Source: an uncultured Alphaproteobacteria bacterium
GTDB taxonomy: Bacteria > Pseudomonadota > Alphaproteobacteria > RF32 > CAG-239
Direction of reading: 5' to 3'
DNA: 29,016 nucleotides
Assembly: GCA_944391365.1 (NCBI GenBank)
Contig: CALXTH010000099.1
Span: forward strand, 1-29,016
Made by a program: the position numbers and the translations under genes. Below, in pieces: positions 26,216 through 29,016 of the stretch. The notes under the pieces were generated by a model. The model was not told where the DNA came from, did no database searches, and was given only the letters and a program-made list of their open reading frames with translations. Within the stretch, counting starts at the first letter, position 1, and every line of letters begins with the position of its first letter.

Positions 26216-27316
26216 TTATTGATTTGTATCTGCTTTTTGTTTGACATAATTTAGTTTCATCAGCGCCAGGGAATAGGTTGATATTTTGGAAACAGCCTGA
26301 TGAAAGGCGATGTAATCCGATGTTTCGGTTATCCAGTCGCGAAGAGCGGGATATTCGGCTGCCAGGGGTTGGCCTTCCGGCCGGTTCAGTTGTTCAAGCG
26401 CTTTGGCAAAACGGGCGTTGTTGACGTATTCTTTAAGCAGGGACAGTTGGTTGGGGGTTTCTTCTTCAACCGGGCTGCCGTCTTTGTTTGTATGTTTGAC
26501 GGTGACGTATTCTTTGAGTTTCATGTTCAGGCGTTGTTTCCAGTTTTTGCCGGCAATGGCTTTTTCTTTTTCAGCGGCGTCAATATCAACGTAAATTTTA
26601 TTGAAGTCGTTGATCAGGACTGATGAAGACGGAAGTTTGTGATGAGCAAATTTGAGAATTTCCGCGGCAGAGGTTTGCAGTTCAGGTTCGGCCGCGGTGA
26701 GCAGGGACAGAACTTCGGCTTCATAATCAAAGTTATTGCCGCGGGCGGCTGCGTCTTTAATCATCATGACGGTGGTAAGAATCAGGGCGCCCTGGTCAGA
26801 GATTTTGGCCATATTATCAAGACGCTGTTCATTTTTATCAACGCGGTTGATTAATCCCAGAACGGTGGCGGAATCGGCTTTGCTGTCGATAATGGCGGAG
26901 ATTTGTTTTTCCAGATTGTCAAAACGTTCGTTAAGTTTGGCGATGTTTTCCGCGGTTTCGGCGGCAGGGGGTATGGTAGCCGGGGTAACCGGCAGGTGTT
27001 CAATCCGGTTTTGGAGGTCGTTGAGCTGGGTTTGCATCCGGCGGAGGCGGGCGAGGGTTTCAGTCTGCTGTTGTTCCGGTGCCGGTTGTCCGGCTGTGTT
27101 TTTGAAATGCTGCGCCGCATTGTAGATGATTTCAGGATTGAGCCACAGACCCAGCATGACGCCCAGGAAGATCATCCACATCAGGAGGCGGGCGATTATG
27201 CGTCCGGGATGAAAGTGACCGGTTTCCGGTGCCGGGGTTTCCGATGCAGTGGTTTTGAGCTCTTTGGCTTCTTTTTCTCTGGTTTCGGTTTTATCGGCGG
27301 ATTTGTTTTTTGACAT
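26216..27316 (-). CDS. COG4223/mitofilin (alphaproteobacterial Mic60)-like membrane protein
   Basis: Single N-terminal TM (LLMWMIFLGVMLGLWL), coiled coils, C-terminal ARFAKALEQLNR...LRDWI..T...HQAVSKI resembling a mitofilin domain; divergent from tsaD as in other alphaproteobacteria. Confidence 0.65.
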   Translation of the reverse strand: MSKNKSADKTETREKEAKELKTTASETPAPETGHFHPGRIIARLLMWMIFLGVMLGLWLNPEIIYNAAQHFKNTAGQPAPEQQQTETLARLRRMQTQLNDLQNRIEHLPVTPATIPPAAETAENIAKLNERFDNLEKQISAIIDSKADSATVLGLINRVDKNEQRLDNMAKISDQGALILTTVMMIKDAAARGNNFDYEAEVLSLLTAAEPELQTSAAEILKFAHHKLPSSSVLINDFNKIYVDIDAAEKEKAIAGKNWKQRLNMKLKEYVTVKHTNKDGSPVEEETPNQLSLLKEYVNNARFAKALEQLNRPEGQPLAAEYPALRDWITETSDYIAFHQAVSKISTYSLALMKLNYVKQKADTNQ

Positions 27317-27417
27317 TGAAAAATCCTCTATGATATTTACTTGGCATTTGAAAATTTATAGTGTATATAATCTTAAATAATTATAAAAAAAGCAATAAGA
27401 TAATTGGAATAATACCG

Positions 27418-28494
27418 ATGATAGTTTTAGGAATCGAGAGCAGCTGCGATGAAACGGCTGCTGCGCTGGTGAATGATAAACGTGAGATTTTGGGTGAGAG
27501 TGTTTTGTCGCAGGAAGAGCACAAACGCTATGGCGGTGTGGTGCCGGAGATTGCGGCGCGGGCGCATTTGGATCATATTGAGGAGATTATTGAGCTGGCT
27601 TTGAAGAGGGCAGGGGTCAGTTTGCAGGATGTGGATGCGATTGCTGCTGCGGCGGGGCCGGGGCTTATCGGCGGTGTGGTGGTCGGTGTTATGGCGGCCA
27701 AGGCTTTGGCTTTGGCTTTGAACAAACCTTTTGTCGCGGTTAATCATCTGGAAGGGCATGCTTTGACGGCGCGGCTGACGGCCGGCGTGGAATATCCGTA
27801 TTTGTTGTTGCTGGTGTCCGGCGGACATTGTCAGATTTTGATTGTTAAGGGCGTGGGTGATTATCAGCGGTTGGGCACGACGATTGATGATGCGGCCGGT
27901 GAGGCTTTTGACAAGGTGGCAAAAATGCTCGGGCTGGGGTATCCGGGCGGACCGATGATTGAGAAACTGGCGGCGCAAGGAGACGAAAACAGGTTTAGTC
28001 TGCCGCGGCCGCTGCAAAATTCAGGCGACTGCAATTTATCTTTTTCGGGGTTGAAAACGGCGGTGCGAAAGATTATCGAATCTTATGCCCCGGACGGGGT
28101 GGTGGAGCACGCTATTCTGCCCAAGCAGGATGTGGCGGATGTTTGCGCCTGTTTTCAGAAAGCCGTGACGGAATGTTTGTTGATGAAGCTGGAAAGAGCC
28201 CTGAAAATTTTTAAATCCGAATATCCGGAAGCTGATGACCTGGTTGTGGCCGGAGGGGTGGCTGCCAATGGATATTTGCGTGGGGCTTTGGAACGGCTGG
28301 CCAAGCGTTATAAGATGGTTTTTGCCGCGCCGCCGGTGCGTTTTTGTACGGATAACGGGGTTATGATTGCCTGGGCCGGGTTGGAGCGTTTTCAGAACGG
28401 TTATACCAATGATCTGGATTTTAAGCCGCGGCCGCGCTGGCCCTTGGATGAAAATGCGCCTAAAGCCGCCGGTGCGGGAGGTGTAAAAGCCTGA
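27418..28494 (+). CDS. tsaD: tRNA threonylcarbamoyltransferase TsaD
   Basis: [72 protein letters not shown]. Confidence 0.98.
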   Translation: MIVLGIESSCDETAAALVNDKREILGESVLSQEEHKRYGGVVPEIAARAHLDHIEEIIELALKRAGVSLQDVDAIAAAAGPGLIGGVVVGVMAAKALALALNKPFVAVNHLEGHALTARLTAGVEYPYLLLLVSGGHCQILIVKGVGDYQRLGTTIDDAAGEAFDKVAKMLGLGYPGGPMIEKLAAQGDENRFSLPRPLQNSGDCNLSFSGLKTAVRKIIESYAPDGVVEHAILPKQDVADVCACFQKAVTECLLMKLERALKIFKSEYPEADDLVVAGGVAANGYLRGALERLAKRYKMVFAAPPVRFCTDNGVMIAWAGLERFQNGYTNDLDFKPRPRWPLDENAPKAAGAGGVKA

Positions 28495-29016
28495 TGAGAA
28501 AGAAAACGGAAATTTTGGAAATTATGCGGGTGTTTGAACAAAATGACCCGAATCCACGTTGCGAACTTGATTTTCATAATGCTTATACACTGCTGGTGGC
28601 GGTGGTTTTGTCGGCTCAGACGACAGATAAAGGGGTTAACCGGGCGACGAAAGAATTGTTCAAAATTGCCGATACGCCCCAGAAAATGCTTGATTTGGGG
28701 GAAGAAAAGCTCAAAGGGTATATCAAGACCATTGGGTTGTATAACAACAAAGCCAGGAATATTATGTTGTTGAGCCGGGAGCTGGTTGATAAGTTTGGCG
28801 GAGAGGTTCCACATGACCGGGAAGCTTTGCAAAGTCTTGCGGGTGTGGGGCGAAAGACGGCTAACGTGGTGTTGAATGTGTGGTTTGGCGAGCCTGCTTT
28901 GGCGGTGGATACGCATGTGTTGCGGCTGGCGCGGCGGCTGGAGCTGAGTGACGGAAAAACGCCGTTGGAGGTGGAGCAGGATTTGCTCCGGGTTTTGCCG
29001 GATGAATATATCAAGC
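28494..29016 (+). CDS. nth: Endonuclease III (runs off the right edge)
   Basis: Not in the ORF track. Manual translation [14 protein letters not shown]...CELDFHNAYTLLVAVVLSAQTTDKGVN...IGLYNNKARN...LAGVGRKTANVV...AVDTHVLR (HhH-GPD); TGATG overlap with tsaD. Confidence 0.95.
   Translation, partial: MRKKTEILEIMRVFEQNDPNPRCELDFHNAYTLLVAVVLSAQTTDKGVNRATKELFKIADTPQKMLDLGEEKLKGYIKTIGLYNNKARNIMLLSRELVDKFGGEVPHDREALQSLAGVGRKTANVVLNVWFGEPALAVDTHVLRLARRLELSDGKTPLEVEQDLLRVLPDEYIK

Noticed and set aside
27427-28916. Long antisense ORFs (27427-28017, 28401-28916) and similar shadow ORFs such as 920-1393, 3267-3722 and 20738-21256
   Set aside because: They lie opposite well-supported genes, lack recognisable motifs, and are expected by chance opposite coding sequence.

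Overview
A 29-kb core-chromosome window from an alphaproteobacterium, judged from gene content and order (short HprK, Tim44-MltA-Smr, SecB, a COG4223/Mic60-like gene opposite tsaD, rho-mnmE-mnmG-rsmG-parA-parB). It very likely contains the replication origin: a DnaA-box-rich intergenic region between rho and coaE at about 17.6-18.15 kb. The centromere region lies 6-8 kb to its left, with two perfect parS palindromes inside rsmG and mnmG. The most striking unexplained signal is a non-palindromic 14-bp motif, TTTAAATAC(A/G)GTGT, found 8 times in one orientation between 9595 and 14162. Copies lie in two reading frames of mnmE/mnmG/rsmG and directly at three stop codons, and I found none elsewhere in the window by eye. 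It suggests an uncharacterised centromere-associated DNA-binding site. Other oddities: two tandem HD-domain genes inserted in the mnmG-rsmG operon, a variant FTR-like Fe-S protein after parB, an archaeal-type ADP-dependent sugar kinase, a Mic60-like gene without its usual hem neighbours, a membrane-anchored SNase-like protein lacking catalytic residues, and a shared basic terminal peptide on three glycan-modifying enzymes. No rRNA, tRNA, CRISPR array or transposase was seen. All calls come from motif recognition by eye; no database searches were run.
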